Shown: positions 1 through 10,389 of the stretch, piece by piece
Numbering within the stretch: the first letter of the stretch is position 1
Layout of the letters: the number at the start of each line of letters is the position of its first letter
Origin: Myxococcota bacterium
GTDB taxonomy: Bacteria; Myxococcota_A; SURF-8
Direction of reading: 5' to 3'
Assembly: GCA_965140415.1 (NCBI GenBank)
Contig: OZ223209.1
Coordinates: forward strand, 3,712,001-3,776,000
Length of the DNA: 64,000 bases
The notes under the pieces: model-generated
Seen by the model: only the letters and a program-made list of their open reading frames with translations
Told to the model about the DNA's origin: nothing
The model's database searches: none
Program-made: the position numbers and the translations under genes

Positions 1-1
1 A

Positions 2-346
2 ACCGCGTTCAATGAGCCGCTGCCACTGGATTCCGAAACGATCTGGCAGGTGGTATGCGGAGACACGGACCACTGGCGCTGCGGATTCTACTCACCTCTG
101 GTGAGTTTCACTGAGGACATCTCGGAGTTGGAGAAGCACGACTGCCCGGAGTTGTTCCTGCTTGTGGAAGGAAACGTAAGCCTGCTATTGGCAGATGAAT
201 CCGGCGAGCGAATACAGAAATTACAACCGCTTCAACCGGTGCTCGTCACCTGCCGACATGCAGGCTTTTGCCCGGATGGTCCGCACACCGGTCGTTGCAT
301 CGTGATCGAGCGGGATGCCTTTACGACCACTTACAGCAAACGCTGA
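2..346 (+). CDS. 5'-truncated hypothetical protein, possibly cupin-like (ureidoglycolate lyase/DUF4867-like)
   Basis: Frame is open from base 2 (TAFNEPLPLD...). LEKHDCPELFLLVEG and a later H resemble cupin metal-binding motifs. Confidence 0.5.
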   Translation, partial: TAFNEPLPLDSETIWQVVCGDTDHWRCGFYSPLVSFTEDISELEKHDCPELFLLVEGNVSLLLADESGERIQKLQPLQPVLVTCRHAGFCPDGPHTGRCIVIERDAFTTTYSKR

Positions 347-365
347 AATCAACTTCCGGCAGCAT

Positions 366-2186
366 TCAATCACTGGCCGCCGCGAGTTTGGTCTCCAATT
401 CCTCCCAGCGGCTGTATAGCTGTGCCACACGGGTTTTGCAGTTCTCAAACGACTCGTAGGCCTTGGCCAGTTCATCCGGGTCGGTGGCGATGGAAGGATC
501 GGATAGGCGGCTTTCCGCAGTGCTCATCGTCTCTTCGGCCTCCAGAATGGCGTCTTCCAGTCCTTCGTATTCCTTCTTTTCAAGGTACGTCAGACCTTTC
601 GGGCGATTCTTTTCGCGAGGCTTCTTCTTTTTCTCTCGTTCCTCGGTAGCCTCAAGCTCTGCATTCTTCAGATGTTGTTGCCATTGAGCATAACTGGCCA
701 CCCACACATGACCGCCTTTGCCGTCCAAACCGAGAATGACGCCGGACACCTGATCCAGCATGTAGCGGTCGTGTGTAACCAGTACAACAGCTCCAGGGAA
801 ATCAAGAAGGTTCTCCTCCAGCATTTCCAACGTAGGCAGATCCAGGTCATTTGTGGGTTCGTCGAGGAACAGCACGTCGGCGGGTTTGAGCATCAAACGT
901 GCAATTTGAACTTTGGCCTGTTCTCCGCCGGAAAGTTGAGATAATGGAACTTCCAATTGATGTGACTGAAAACCGAAGCGTCTGGCCCAACCGGCCACAT
1001 GGATCGATTGTCCCTTGAACAGCACGGAATCGCCCTCTTCGCAGAGCGATTCCTTCAAGCTCATATTCGGGTCCAAAGCTTCCCGTTGCTGATCGAAATA
1101 AACAAGTTCCAGGTTTTGCGCGGAAACGATCTCCCCCCGGTCGGCGCTTTCCACTCCGGCCAGAATTTTCAACAATGTCGATTTACCACTGCCATTGATA
1201 CCAACCAGGCCGATTTTCAGTCCCGGCTTCAATAGCAGGTCAATCTCTTCGAATAGGGGGTGATCTCCATACTTTTTCGTCAGATCGGTGGCGGCTAATA
1301 AGCGTTTTGTTCTACGCCCACTGGCTACAAACTGCACGTCGGAGATGGTTTCTCTGGCCCTGGTTTTCATATCGGCCAGTTCATCGATCATCCGATGCGC
1401 CTGTTCAGTACGCCCTTTATCTTTGGACGTCCGCGCCTTGGGACCGCGTCTAAGCCATTCGATCTCGTTACGAACCTTGTTCGATAGCGACAACAACGTC
1501 TTTTCATTGGCAGCCAACACTTCAGCACGACGCTCCAGAAAACGACTGTAGCCGCCTTCCGCCATCAACACGCCATCCGGATAGCGACGATTCACTTCTA
1601 CAATTTTGTTGCAACAGGACTCCAGAAAAGCACGGTCATGGCTGATCACCACACAGGCATTGCAATCCGTGTTGATCCGATTTTCGAGCCAGACGGCCCC
1701 CTCGATGTCCAGGTGGTTGGTGGGTTCATCCAATAGCAGCAGATCGGGATCGGAAACCATCGCGGCGGCAAAGGCCAAGCGCTTGATCCAGCCACCGGAC
1801 AGACTTGCAATTTTCTGCTTCGTATCGACAAAGCCGACTTTATCCAGGATAATCGCAACATTAACCAGCCGCTCGGTTTCAGCCAAACGGTTATCGCTGT
1901 CGGCGGCAATCAGGTGATCCAGGACAACCTCTTCCACGCATTTTTCGGGGTCGTACTGTGGCGCTTGCGCAACCAGAGAGAGTTTCATTTCCCGGTTGCG
2001 TGAAACATTACCCTGATCCGGCAGCACCTCACCCGTCATCAACTTGAACAGCGTACTTTTACCGATGCCGTTGGCACCGATAATGCCGATCCGTTCTCCG
2101 CTATGTACGTGAAACGAAAGCTCCTCGAACAGGAGTTTCTGACCGTAGGCCATGCTAACCTGGTTCAAACTCAACAAGTGAGACAT
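366..2186 (-). CDS. uup: ABC-F family ATP-binding protein (Uup-like)
   Basis: Two ABC domains (GANGIGKST, LSGGW, LLLDEPTNHLD; GINGSGKST, LSGGE, DEPTNDLD), linker EWLRRGPKAR, C-terminal coiled coil ending RWEELE, no TM segments. Confidence 0.9.
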   Translation of the reverse strand: MSHLLSLNQVSMAYGQKLLFEELSFHVHSGERIGIIGANGIGKSTLFKLMTGEVLPDQGNVSRNREMKLSLVAQAPQYDPEKCVEEVVLDHLIAADSDNRLAETERLVNVAIILDKVGFVDTKQKIASLSGGWIKRLAFAAAMVSDPDLLLLDEPTNHLDIEGAVWLENRINTDCNACVVISHDRAFLESCCNKIVEVNRRYPDGVLMAEGGYSRFLERRAEVLAANEKTLLSLSNKVRNEIEWLRRGPKARTSKDKGRTEQAHRMIDELADMKTRARETISDVQFVASGRRTKRLLAATDLTKKYGDHPLFEEIDLLLKPGLKIGLVGINGSGKSTLLKILAGVESADRGEIVSAQNLELVYFDQQREALDPNMSLKESLCEEGDSVLFKGQSIHVAGWARRFGFQSHQLEVPLSQLSGGEQAKVQIARLMLKPADVLFLDEPTNDLDLPTLEMLEENLLDFPGAVVLVTHDRYMLDQVSGVILGLDGKGGHVWVASYAQWQQHLKNAELEATEEREKKKKPREKNRPKGLTYLEKKEYEGLEDAILEAEETMSTAESRLSDPSIATDPDELAKAYESFENCKTRVAQLYSRWEELETKLAAASD

Positions 2187-2239
2187 TCCGCCGGTTCCTC
2201 CGATACAAACACAAGCCGCAATGCAATTCTCGCTATCGC

Positions 2240-3937
2240 TTAGCGATGAGAACGTGCCCCGCCCTCTGCCGGACGAAGGGTAACGGGTTTGCCGTCGAAC
2301 TTGGCATTTCTCATGCCCTGCCCCACCTTGGCTGCGACTTTGTTGTCCACCTCGAAAAAGGAATATTCGCGCTTCATGTCAATGGCACCGATCAGTTTCG
2401 ATGAGATCCCGGATTGATCGCAAACCAGGCGGACGATGGCACCTTCGTTCACTTTATCCAAACGTCCGACACTGATAAAGAAACGCTTCGTCGGTCCGAG
2501 TCGAACGCGACCGGATGCTTTTTTTCCATTGCCATTCTTTCTCGAGTCCGCTCGGTAAGGCAGTTTTGATTTTGCACGGGTGTTCTCCCGGAAAGAAGCT
2601 TTCCGTTTTCGTAAATCCACGTTGATGTCAACGGCCTGGCTGTAATCCTGGAACAAACTGCTGAACTCTTTCGAAATAAGGAGATCGATCAGTTCTTCTT
2701 TCTCTAAAAGCGCCAACTTTTCGTAGATAGCTGGCAGAAATACTCCGATAGCCTCCTGCTTGATGGGAGTCTGGATCAGGGTATCCACGAAAGCAAACAA
2801 CTGTTGACGACAGATCGCCTTGCCATCCGGCAGCTTCTCGATTTTGAATTGAATGCGACTGCGGCGCTCCAGGTCGCGAATTCTCATCGTTTCACGCGGA
2901 TTGACAAGCACAATCGAACGCCCGGATTTACCCGCACGAGCAGTACGTCCGCTACGATGGGTATAGGAAAGCGCATCATCCGGCAACATGAAGTGGATCA
3001 CATGTGTGATGTCGTCCACATCGATGCCGCGAGCCGCCACATCAGTTGCAACCAACAGGCGCACGCTGTGGTTCCGAAACTTGCGCATCACCGTATCCCG
3101 CTGAGCCTGTGACAGATCTCCGTGCAGTGCTTCGGCCTGATAACCATCTCTCAACAACGCCTCGGCCACCTCTTGGGTATCGATCCGAGTCCGGCAAAAC
3201 ACAAGCCCGAAGATTTCCGGGGTGGAATCCAGAATACGCTTCAACGCCTCATAACGATTCCGCTCTTCCATAATGCAATAAGAATGCTCGATATTGGCCG
3301 CGCCATCGTTACGAGAGCCAATGGTAATTTCCACCGGATCGTTTAGGTATTTACCAGCAATACTACGAACGCCTCTGGGCATGGTAGCAGAAAACAACCA
3401 GATCCGAACGGACTCAGGCAGTTCGAGCAGAATCGCGTCGATGTCTTCCTGAAATCCCATGTTCAGCATTTCATCGGCTTCATCCAGTACGGCACAGGTC
3501 ACCATCGAAAGATCGATGGCATGGCGACGGATCATGTCCAACAGTCGCCCCGGAGTAGCCACAACGATGTGGGACCCCGCCTTCAATCGATTGATCTGAT
3601 TATAGATGCTGGCACCACCGTATATCGCGGTAATGGAGCTACCTTTGATATGCCGCGCGAATTGCTTCATATCGTTGGTGATCTGAAGGCACAATTCACG
3701 GGTAGGACAAATCACCAGTCCTTGCGGTTGTCGCTGTTTCGGATTCAGAAATTGCAACATCGGCAAGCCGAAAGCACCGGTCTTCCCTGTGCCGGTCTGC
3801 GCCAAACCTACCAGATCGCGTTCACCCGGTAACAAGTGTGGAATTGCCTGAGCTTGAATCGGAGTCGGCTCGGTGAACTCCAGATCCTGCAACGCATGAA
3901 GCAACTCATCCCTTAAACCTAATTCTTGAAAACTCAT
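2240..3937 (-). CDS. deaD: DEAD-box RNA helicase with C-terminal DbpA-type RNA-binding domain
   Basis: Q motif, AQTGTGKT, PTREL, DEADEM, SAT, HRSGRTARAG; C-terminal RFFISVGRLD...IGAID...SFFEV. Confidence 0.92.
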   Translation of the reverse strand: MSFQELGLRDELLHALQDLEFTEPTPIQAQAIPHLLPGERDLVGLAQTGTGKTGAFGLPMLQFLNPKQRQPQGLVICPTRELCLQITNDMKQFARHIKGSSITAIYGGASIYNQINRLKAGSHIVVATPGRLLDMIRRHAIDLSMVTCAVLDEADEMLNMGFQEDIDAILLELPESVRIWLFSATMPRGVRSIAGKYLNDPVEITIGSRNDGAANIEHSYCIMEERNRYEALKRILDSTPEIFGLVFCRTRIDTQEVAEALLRDGYQAEALHGDLSQAQRDTVMRKFRNHSVRLLVATDVAARGIDVDDITHVIHFMLPDDALSYTHRSGRTARAGKSGRSIVLVNPRETMRIRDLERRSRIQFKIEKLPDGKAICRQQLFAFVDTLIQTPIKQEAIGVFLPAIYEKLALLEKEELIDLLISKEFSSLFQDYSQAVDINVDLRKRKASFRENTRAKSKLPYRADSRKNGNGKKASGRVRLGPTKRFFISVGRLDKVNEGAIVRLVCDQSGISSKLIGAIDMKREYSFFEVDNKVAAKVGQGMRNAKFDGKPVTLRPAEGGARSHR

Positions 3938-4260
3938 ACAAACGTCTCCTTGCAGTCCACCGCCTCCGGAACGATTCCAAGAATCTCCGATGGATGCATT
4001 TCAGGTATGCCTCTACCGAGTTGCTTCTGCAACCGCAGACTACCTGATGTGTTATTGGTTTGGCTAAGGCTCCACTGCCTTCTTAGGGGGCGCTAAACTG
4101 CCTTGAAAAGCTTCCGACACGAACGGTGCAGGATACGCCGGCCCGAATTGAACAAGACAACGGACGCGGGGTGCAGGGCATATTTACTTGCCGAAAAGAA
4201 AGTACCTGGGATCCTTCCCAATTATGAAACGGAGATATCTCCCCGCCTCGAACGGACTTG

Positions 4261-4289
4261 TATATACGCGCAGATTACCAGAAAGTCAA
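4261..4289 (-). promoter_or_regulatory. Candidate sigma70 promoter for deaD
   Basis: Minus strand TTGACT-N17-TATATA about 320 nt upstream of the deaD start. Confidence 0.4.
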
Positions 4290-4374
4290 AGCCTATCTGC
4301 AAATAATCGCATTTAAATCGATAAGCTGCTGTTATTTTAGGAATTATTGGATCATCTTTTTTAGCGGCGCACAC

Positions 4375-5190
4375 CTAGCCTTGCGAGTAAAGAAATTGGA
4401 TCAACATATCATCTTTCGTCAGCAATGTACTGCGAAATCGCTCAGCATACTCCAAGTTGGAGTCCTGTGCGCTTAGCATCGCGGCACCGGTTACGATCAT
4501 TTCCCAGTAATGCGCATAGTCATCCAACCCCGTTCGTTCAAGAACGGGAATCTTCAAATCCGCAGATTGTACACGTTGTTTTTGATTCGCCAGCATGGAA
4601 CGCAGCATATTTCGAAGACAAGTAACGGTTGCGATTTTCTTATCCAACCCTGAAGAAATGTCAACCAGCGTTTCACCATGGGTGAAATGCTTGGTAAAGA
4701 AAAGGCAGCCCCTGGTACAGTGCGTAGACAGTCCCTGCTCCAGGTGCTCCGGGTGAAAATTGGGATAGGCCGCCGCCCAGGCCGCATCCGAAGCCGCACG
4801 TCCAACAACCATGTGATCGGGGGTTTGCTCGTCTGTTACCATTGGATCGAAGGTCACGACAATCTCCGGCTTGAATTCCCGCACGAAGCGGATCAAGCGT
4901 TCCCGCAGTTCACCATGAGGTACATCCAGCAACTCGCAATCCCGATAATTCAGATGCTTTACATGGGTCACACCGAGTTCGGCCATGGCCTTCTCGAATT
5001 CTCGGTGATTGGTCGCGATGGTATCTTCAACACACAATTCGTAAGAATCTTTTTCATCCTGCGTGGCGCGCACAACCATGATTTCAGAGCCTGCGGCGAT
5101 CCAGTTGGCAAGAGTCCCACCTGCAAACAGAGGAATATCCTCTGCATGAGGCGCTATGGCAATGGCACGTTTTGGAACGGGGATCATCAT
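4375..5190 (-). CDS. PIG-L/LmbE family deacetylase with atypical motifs
   Basis: AIAPHAED (canonical HPDD), PEIVVTFDP, PDH, VDIS..LDKK, YAERF. ATG at 5190 preceded by GGAG. Confidence 0.75.
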   Translation of the reverse strand: MMIPVPKRAIAIAPHAEDIPLFAGGTLANWIAAGSEIMVVRATQDEKDSYELCVEDTIATNHREFEKAMAELGVTHVKHLNYRDCELLDVPHGELRERLIRFVREFKPEIVVTFDPMVTDEQTPDHMVVGRAASDAAWAAAYPNFHPEHLEQGLSTHCTRGCLFFTKHFTHGETLVDISSGLDKKIATVTCLRNMLRSMLANQKQRVQSADLKIPVLERTGLDDYAHYWEMIVTGAAMLSAQDSNLEYAERFRSTLLTKDDMLIQFLYSQG

Positions 5191-5425
5191 TTGTCTCCAC
5201 CGAGAACCCACACACAAAAACGACCAAGGGAACTCTCTGTTTAGAATTGATACAGAAAAAGATCAATTGTAAATACAAATACTTACCAAGAATCATGGTA
5301 GCATACAGTGATGTAAAAAAACAAATCTAAAAATGTAGATTTATGTGAATTAATGCATTTTTTTTCGCGAAGCGACTTCGGGATGAGCTTGCATCCCCTG
5401 TAAGATTCGCGCTATAGTTACAGGC

Positions 5426-6052
5426 ATGAAATCACAGCTCAAACGCACAATACCGTTCAACCTTATAGCCTCCCTGAAAATGGGATTAGGGGTTAGTGCG
5501 ATGATGCTATTGTTTCTCGGCTGCCAGGTCGATGCATCATCGATCAACGATGGCTGCGTGGAAGATCGGCAATGCGAAGCGGATCGAATCTGCATGGACC
5601 ATATCTGCCTGTTCCCCGAGGACGCCGAACGCATGGAACCCGCCGAACAGGTCGGTCTTCGACTGACAACCGCCCTCAAAACAGCGCAAGTTCGCTATCT
5701 GGCTGCCTCCTGGCCACTGGAAACGGATTATTCCTGGGGATTTCAGTTCGATGAAGAAGCAAGCTACAATCAATTTCTTCTGGACTGGCATCAAGCGGAA
5801 ATCGAGCAGAAACTTTCCGAGGATTTCTCCCAATTGCTCGAATGGTACGACTACGAATCGTGCGAGTTCATTCGCTTTGAACCGGGCCGCTACCGCCCAC
5901 TTCCATTGGGCGAAGAATATGCCCGCCGGTCGCTGGATCGGCTCGTCGATTCGTCTCTGCTTATCCAGATTGATGATGAACAGGTGGACGTTCCGATTGC
6001 GCAGCTAGTTCGATTGCGTGGACGTTGGCGCCTTTTCCGGCTGCTTGACTGA
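5426..6052 (+). CDS. Hypothetical lipoprotein with a short Cys-rich motif
   Basis: Lipobox-like LFLGC followed by CVEDRQCEADRICMDHIC. True start may be further downstream. Confidence 0.6.
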   Translation: MKSQLKRTIPFNLIASLKMGLGVSAMMLLFLGCQVDASSINDGCVEDRQCEADRICMDHICLFPEDAERMEPAEQVGLRLTTALKTAQVRYLAASWPLETDYSWGFQFDEEASYNQFLLDWHQAEIEQKLSEDFSQLLEWYDYESCEFIRFEPGRYRPLPLGEEYARRSLDRLVDSSLLIQIDDEQVDVPIAQLVRLRGRWRLFRLLD

Positions 6053-6952
6053 TGACGGCTTGACACCCGCATCGAGATTCGGTTTTAGAAGAATCACACC
6101 GCTAGCCGGCCACTTTTCGCCTTTCTCTTTCACCATTGTTAAATAGGCTTGCAGTGAAACATCTACGACTTTGTGGTGATAGGTACTGGCATGACGAAAA
6201 CGCAGGCGGCCTTTTTCATCGCGCACGATAACTCCGCTGTGTTTAATTCGGTACGGCAGCCAGGAACGATCCTGTAGAACCACCATCAGAAACGTGCCTG
6301 GTGGCAATTTTGCCGCATGTACCGAAGCCCATTCGATAGGAATAAGATCATGCTCTACAATCCCTGCTGAAAAATAATCTCCCAGAGATTCGCAATAGGT
6401 CCGCCATTTTTCTCCATACCGTTGTGGAGAAAGCACATTCTTGCTCTCCGATCTGGCTTCTTTTCCGGCAATTTGTCTGGAGATATTGGTAATATACCCA
6501 CGTTTTTCGTTTTCCACGATCCATTGCGACCACATGAAATGCAAACGGCAGGAATAGCCGCGACAACCCTCGAAATAACGGATTTTCTGGGTTTGAAGGG
6601 CCGCATCAGGCAGCGTTTTAGCTCGCACCATACCCCAAAGCTGTTCAAGCAGCGTAACGCAATCCACCGCATCCAGCCGAAAAACGGGATCGCTGTCCGG
6701 ATTGGCGGTTTTCCCTTCTCCTAACGGATTCAATTGATACGGAGTTTTCAGAAAAAAGCGAGAGAGCTGTTCCAGGCGCGTCTCGGCGGGTAGCATTTGG
6801 GCGCGCAGCAGAATCGAGTCTGCCTGTGCTCGATCCATATCCATCCAGCGCTGCGAAACAGGCTTTGCAGCCGTTTTCGGCGCGGCCTGAAGATTCCGAG
6901 CAATACCGAACAACAGAAGAAACAGGATCAGCGATGACACGATGCGCGCCAT
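6005..6952 (-). CDS. DUF1460 / NlpC-P60-like N-acetylmuramoyl-L-alanine amidase
   Basis: Signal peptide; FLKTPY...LGEG...FRLDAVDCVT, IRY, RLHF, H.G and RHAS motifs. Confidence 0.8.
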   Translation of the reverse strand: MARIVSSLILFLLLFGIARNLQAAPKTAAKPVSQRWMDMDRAQADSILLRAQMLPAETRLEQLSRFFLKTPYQLNPLGEGKTANPDSDPVFRLDAVDCVTLLEQLWGMVRAKTLPDAALQTQKIRYFEGCRGYSCRLHFMWSQWIVENEKRGYITNISRQIAGKEARSESKNVLSPQRYGEKWRTYCESLGDYFSAGIVEHDLIPIEWASVHAAKLPPGTFLMVVLQDRSWLPYRIKHSGVIVRDEKGRLRFRHASTYHHKVVDVSLQAYLTMVKEKGEKWPASGVILLKPNLDAGVKPSSVKQPEKAPTSTQSN

Positions 6953-6953
6953 C

Positions 6954-7613
6954 TTATCTCCACAGGGCGAAAGCAAGTCCCAAGTAGCCGCCATACACGA
7001 ACTCGTCCGGGTCATAGTCGAAGAATTCTACAGTACCCTTGAAAATCATATTGACGATCGACGGTCCCAGGGGAATTTCAAAGCCTGCACCGATAATGGG
7101 ATGATGGCGGAACAAGTCCCGGCTGTCGTCCGTGGTCGGGTCACCATCGATATCGCCTTCGGGGCTGATGGAAATCCCCAGCATATAGCTGCCATTGATG
7201 AAAAAGGTGTTGCCGCCATAAAACCGCCAACCGGCGGCAAAACCGGGATTGACGAAAAACACGACATCGGCTTTGTCGCTGCTGAAATTGAAATCCGCTC
7301 CGGGATAGATCGTCAGGGCAAAGTTCAAATCTTCTTTGTCGGATTCCAGGATCTGAAATTTGAAAGGAGCGCCAATGGCAAACGACGGTTCCAGATAGCG
7401 AACATCCAAACGAAAACCAACCGTAATATAATCCCATGGTGCAGCAACATACTCCAAGCCGGCCAGCGGATAACCACCATACATCAGGAAAGCGCCATGT
7501 CCCCGGTCAATGGTGTCACCGTCCTCTAACGTATAATACGGATCATCTGCGCCATAGACATTTCCCATGATAGCTAGCAGAATCGTGAGGGTTAGCAAAG
7601 CGGTTCGAATCAT
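6954..7613 (-). CDS. Hypothetical secreted/outer-membrane beta-barrel-like protein
   Basis: Signal peptide, alternating amphipathic strands, C-terminal YLGLAFALW; abuts the downstream gene. Confidence 0.6.
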   Translation of the reverse strand: MIRTALLTLTILLAIMGNVYGADDPYYTLEDGDTIDRGHGAFLMYGGYPLAGLEYVAAPWDYITVGFRLDVRYLEPSFAIGAPFKFQILESDKEDLNFALTIYPGADFNFSSDKADVVFFVNPGFAAGWRFYGGNTFFINGSYMLGISISPEGDIDGDPTTDDSRDLFRHHPIIGAGFEIPLGPSIVNMIFKGTVEFFDYDPDEFVYGGYLGLAFALWR

Positions 7614-7753
7614 TCCTGTTTTCTTTCTGTCAGGGAGTTGCAACAGTCGCTAAAGACTACCAAACTAGCTCAATTCTCGCAAGTTTCAAGCAACCTCCCT
7701 TTCATCTTTGTTTCATGCTAGGTCAATAAAATCCAACAGATGAAAGTCCTATA

Positions 7754-7783
7754 TTGACAGAACCGACACGGATTTGATAGCAT
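7754..7783 (+). promoter_or_regulatory. Sigma70 promoter candidate
   Basis: TTGACA-N18-TAGCAT with TGn extension, upstream of AAGGAG and ATG 7835. Confidence 0.55.
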
Positions 7784-7834
7784 CACGAGTCTGTTTTGTA
7801 GTGCCGCTCTTCGTCATCAAGTAAGGAGTCTCGT

Positions 7835-8437
7835 ATGCCGCGTATTATTTCCATCGTTAGTTTATTCGCCTTAATCACTGTTTTCACTTTGTCCGTTGTC
7901 CATGCCGAAGACAGTAAAAACAGCCTGCTTAAAGGAATCGGAGGAAAACAGAAAAAGAAAGCGGCTTCGATCGGCCTTTTGGTGCGCGATGACCTTAAAG
8001 AGCTGTTTTCAGTTGTTATGGACGATTATCTTGCTGAAGATAAAGAAGCCTTTCTGTCTCATTTTGCCGATCAGTTGACCATGGCAAGCCGTACCCTAAG
8101 TGGGAAAAAAGCAGCTGCCACGAAAAAAGATCTGGAAAAACGAATCGTTAGAGAGTTCAAACGCCAGGACTTCACCCAGGTTGCTTTCGAAGAAGCTTTT
8201 GATGTCGATGCACCGACCATGCTGTTTTTAATGACCGAAGAACAGATGCACGACTCGATTCCGGTCTGGTCCTTCGCGATTACACCCAAAGAAATACTTC
8301 CGTATATGAAACCCGGTGACTACCTGGTTATTGCCAATACGCTACCTTCCGCTGCGGAAAAAGTATTGCTGCCGACCACGATTTATTTCATCTTCCGCAA
8401 AATCGGCAAGGACTACGTCATCGTGGGTATGGACTAG
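7835..8437 (+). CDS. Hypothetical secreted protein (possibly NTF2-like)
   Basis: SD AAGGAG, signal peptide ending VHA, C-terminal FIFRKIGKDYVIVG. Confidence 0.7.
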   Translation: MPRIISIVSLFALITVFTLSVVHAEDSKNSLLKGIGGKQKKKAASIGLLVRDDLKELFSVVMDDYLAEDKEAFLSHFADQLTMASRTLSGKKAAATKKDLEKRIVREFKRQDFTQVAFEEAFDVDAPTMLFLMTEEQMHDSIPVWSFAITPKEILPYMKPGDYLVIANTLPSAAEKVLLPTTIYFIFRKIGKDYVIVGMD

Positions 8438-8464
8438 GCTTTCCAAAATCTGGAACGATCCGAT

Positions 8465-8488
8465 CCGGCGGCGCTTGTCGCCGGTTTT
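8465..8488 (+). terminator. Intrinsic terminator
   Basis: CCGGCGGC-GCTT-GTCGCCGG followed by TTTT after the 7835 gene. Confidence 0.55.
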
Positions 8489-8679
8489 CATTTTATGTGT
8501 TTCATGGGGGGGTATCTCACCCTTTGAAACACCGTAAACGACATCATTTGCACCTTCCCCTTCCACTCACCCACAAAAATCCTGGAATCATACACTTTAA
8601 TCTGCCCTCTACTGCTTGAAATATGGGAGTGGCTCCCCTCGAATGGCGCTACTCCATCTTAACACATCAAGGAGTCAAA

Positions 8680-10326
8680 ATGGCCTTTCTTCATGGCGGA
8701 CAAATCGTAGCTCAGGCACTGAAGGCGGAAGGAGTCTCGCATCTTTTTACTTTATGCGGCGGTCACATTCAATCGATCTACGACGGCTGCCTGGATGAAG
8801 GCATCCGGGTTGTGGATGTACGCCACGAACAATCGGCGGTTCATGCCGCAGATGGGTGGGCACGAGTAACCGGAGAAGTAGGCGTTGCGGCGGTCACCGC
8901 CGGACCGGGAGTGACCGACTCCGTAACCGCAGTTGCCAATGCCTGGCGCGCACAAGTCCCAATCGTACTCATTGGAGGCCAGTCCGCGCACTATTACGGG
9001 CCACTAGGCGGTCAGGACCGGGGCGGCTTGCAAGATATGAATCACGTCGAATTGCTGCGACCGATTACTAAATGGTCCGTCACGGTGCCGGAATCCAGGC
9101 GCTTGGGAGAATATCTGCAAAGTGCTTTTCGCATCGCGAAAACGGGCGTTCCTGGGCCGGTCTTCCTTGAAATGCCGCTGGATCTTTTGATCGGCGGCGA
9201 TGATGAAAGCCAGGTGATACGCTACTCGAATTACGCCAATGCCAGTTCTCCCGCCGGTGATCCAGACGCAATTGAAAAAGCCGCAAAACTCTTGCAACAA
9301 GCCAAACAACCCTTGCTGGTTGTAGGCAGCCAGTTTCGCTGGTCCAAGCGTCCCCAGGGATTGTCGCGCTTTTTGGAAGCTGCAAACATTCCAACATTTT
9401 TAAATGGTATGGCTCGCGGCTCCCTGCCAAAGAACCACCCTGCCCTTTTCACGCGGGCTCGTTCCAAGGCACTGGCACAAAGCGATGTCGTACTGATCCT
9501 GGGAACGCCATTGGATTTTCGCCTGAGCTACGGAGAGAAGATCCCTGCCTCGGCCAAGCTGATCCAGGCGGATCTGGATGGCGGTGAGATCGGGCGCAAT
9601 CGCGCGGTGGATGTCGGGCTGGTTGGTGACATTGGAACCATTCTCAATCAATTGGCGGATGCAATTTCCAATCCTCCCGATTGGTCGGATTGGTTACAGC
9701 AGGTCAGAACGCTGGACAACGCGTTGATCGCCAAAACCCTCGATCAGGCGCGAAGCGACTCCGAACCGATCAACCCGCTGCGTTTATGCACGGAAGTCAA
9801 CAAGTTCATCGATGACAAAACCATCGTAGTCGGTGACGGAGGAGATTTCGTTGCGACGGCGGCGTATATGCTGAACGTACAAGGTCCGGGAAGTTGGATG
9901 GACCCCGGCCCGCTTGGAACCCTGGGTGTCGGTCCCGGCTATGCGATGGCGGCCAAGCTGGCGCGCCCGGATCATCAAGTGATACTCATGCTGGGTGACG
10001 GCTCTTTCGGCTTCAACGGCATGGAATTCGAATCGATGGTGCGACAGGGAATCAAAGTCGTTGGCATTGTGGGTAACGACGCTCGCTGGACACAGATCTG
10101 GCGCGGTCAAGCCATGATGTACGGCCCCGAACGAACTCCGGCAACGCTATTGGATTATACGCGCTACGACAAAGTGGTGGAGGGACTTGGCGGTCATGGA
10201 GAATACGTCGAAAAACTGGCCGACTTGCGCCCTGCGCTGGAACGAGCCTTTGCCAGTGACAAAGCGTCTTTAGTAAATGTCAAGATCGGGGAAAGCGACT
10301 TCCGCAAAGACGCCATCAGTGTGTAG
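8680..10326 (+). CDS. ThDP-dependent enzyme, acetolactate synthase-like / 2-hydroxyacyl-CoA lyase (IlvBL) family
   Basis: [41 protein letters not shown]...N ThDP motif; SD AAGGAG before ATG 8680. Confidence 0.88.
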   Translation: MAFLHGGQIVAQALKAEGVSHLFTLCGGHIQSIYDGCLDEGIRVVDVRHEQSAVHAADGWARVTGEVGVAAVTAGPGVTDSVTAVANAWRAQVPIVLIGGQSAHYYGPLGGQDRGGLQDMNHVELLRPITKWSVTVPESRRLGEYLQSAFRIAKTGVPGPVFLEMPLDLLIGGDDESQVIRYSNYANASSPAGDPDAIEKAAKLLQQAKQPLLVVGSQFRWSKRPQGLSRFLEAANIPTFLNGMARGSLPKNHPALFTRARSKALAQSDVVLILGTPLDFRLSYGEKIPASAKLIQADLDGGEIGRNRAVDVGLVGDIGTILNQLADAISNPPDWSDWLQQVRTLDNALIAKTLDQARSDSEPINPLRLCTEVNKFIDDKTIVVGDGGDFVATAAYMLNVQGPGSWMDPGPLGTLGVGPGYAMAAKLARPDHQVILMLGDGSFGFNGMEFESMVRQGIKVVGIVGNDARWTQIWRGQAMMYGPERTPATLLDYTRYDKVVEGLGGHGEYVEKLADLRPALERAFASDKASLVNVKIGESDFRKDAISV

Positions 10327-10334
10327 CCTGTCAG

Positions 10335-10363
10335 AAAAAACCGGCGTCCACTTGGGACGCCGG
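10335..10363 (-). terminator. Intrinsic terminator between convergent genes
   Basis: AAAAAA then CCGGCGTCC-ACTTG-GGACGCCGG. Confidence 0.7.
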
Positions 10364-10389
10364 ATAAGAAAAGCAAATTAATCCCCGAA

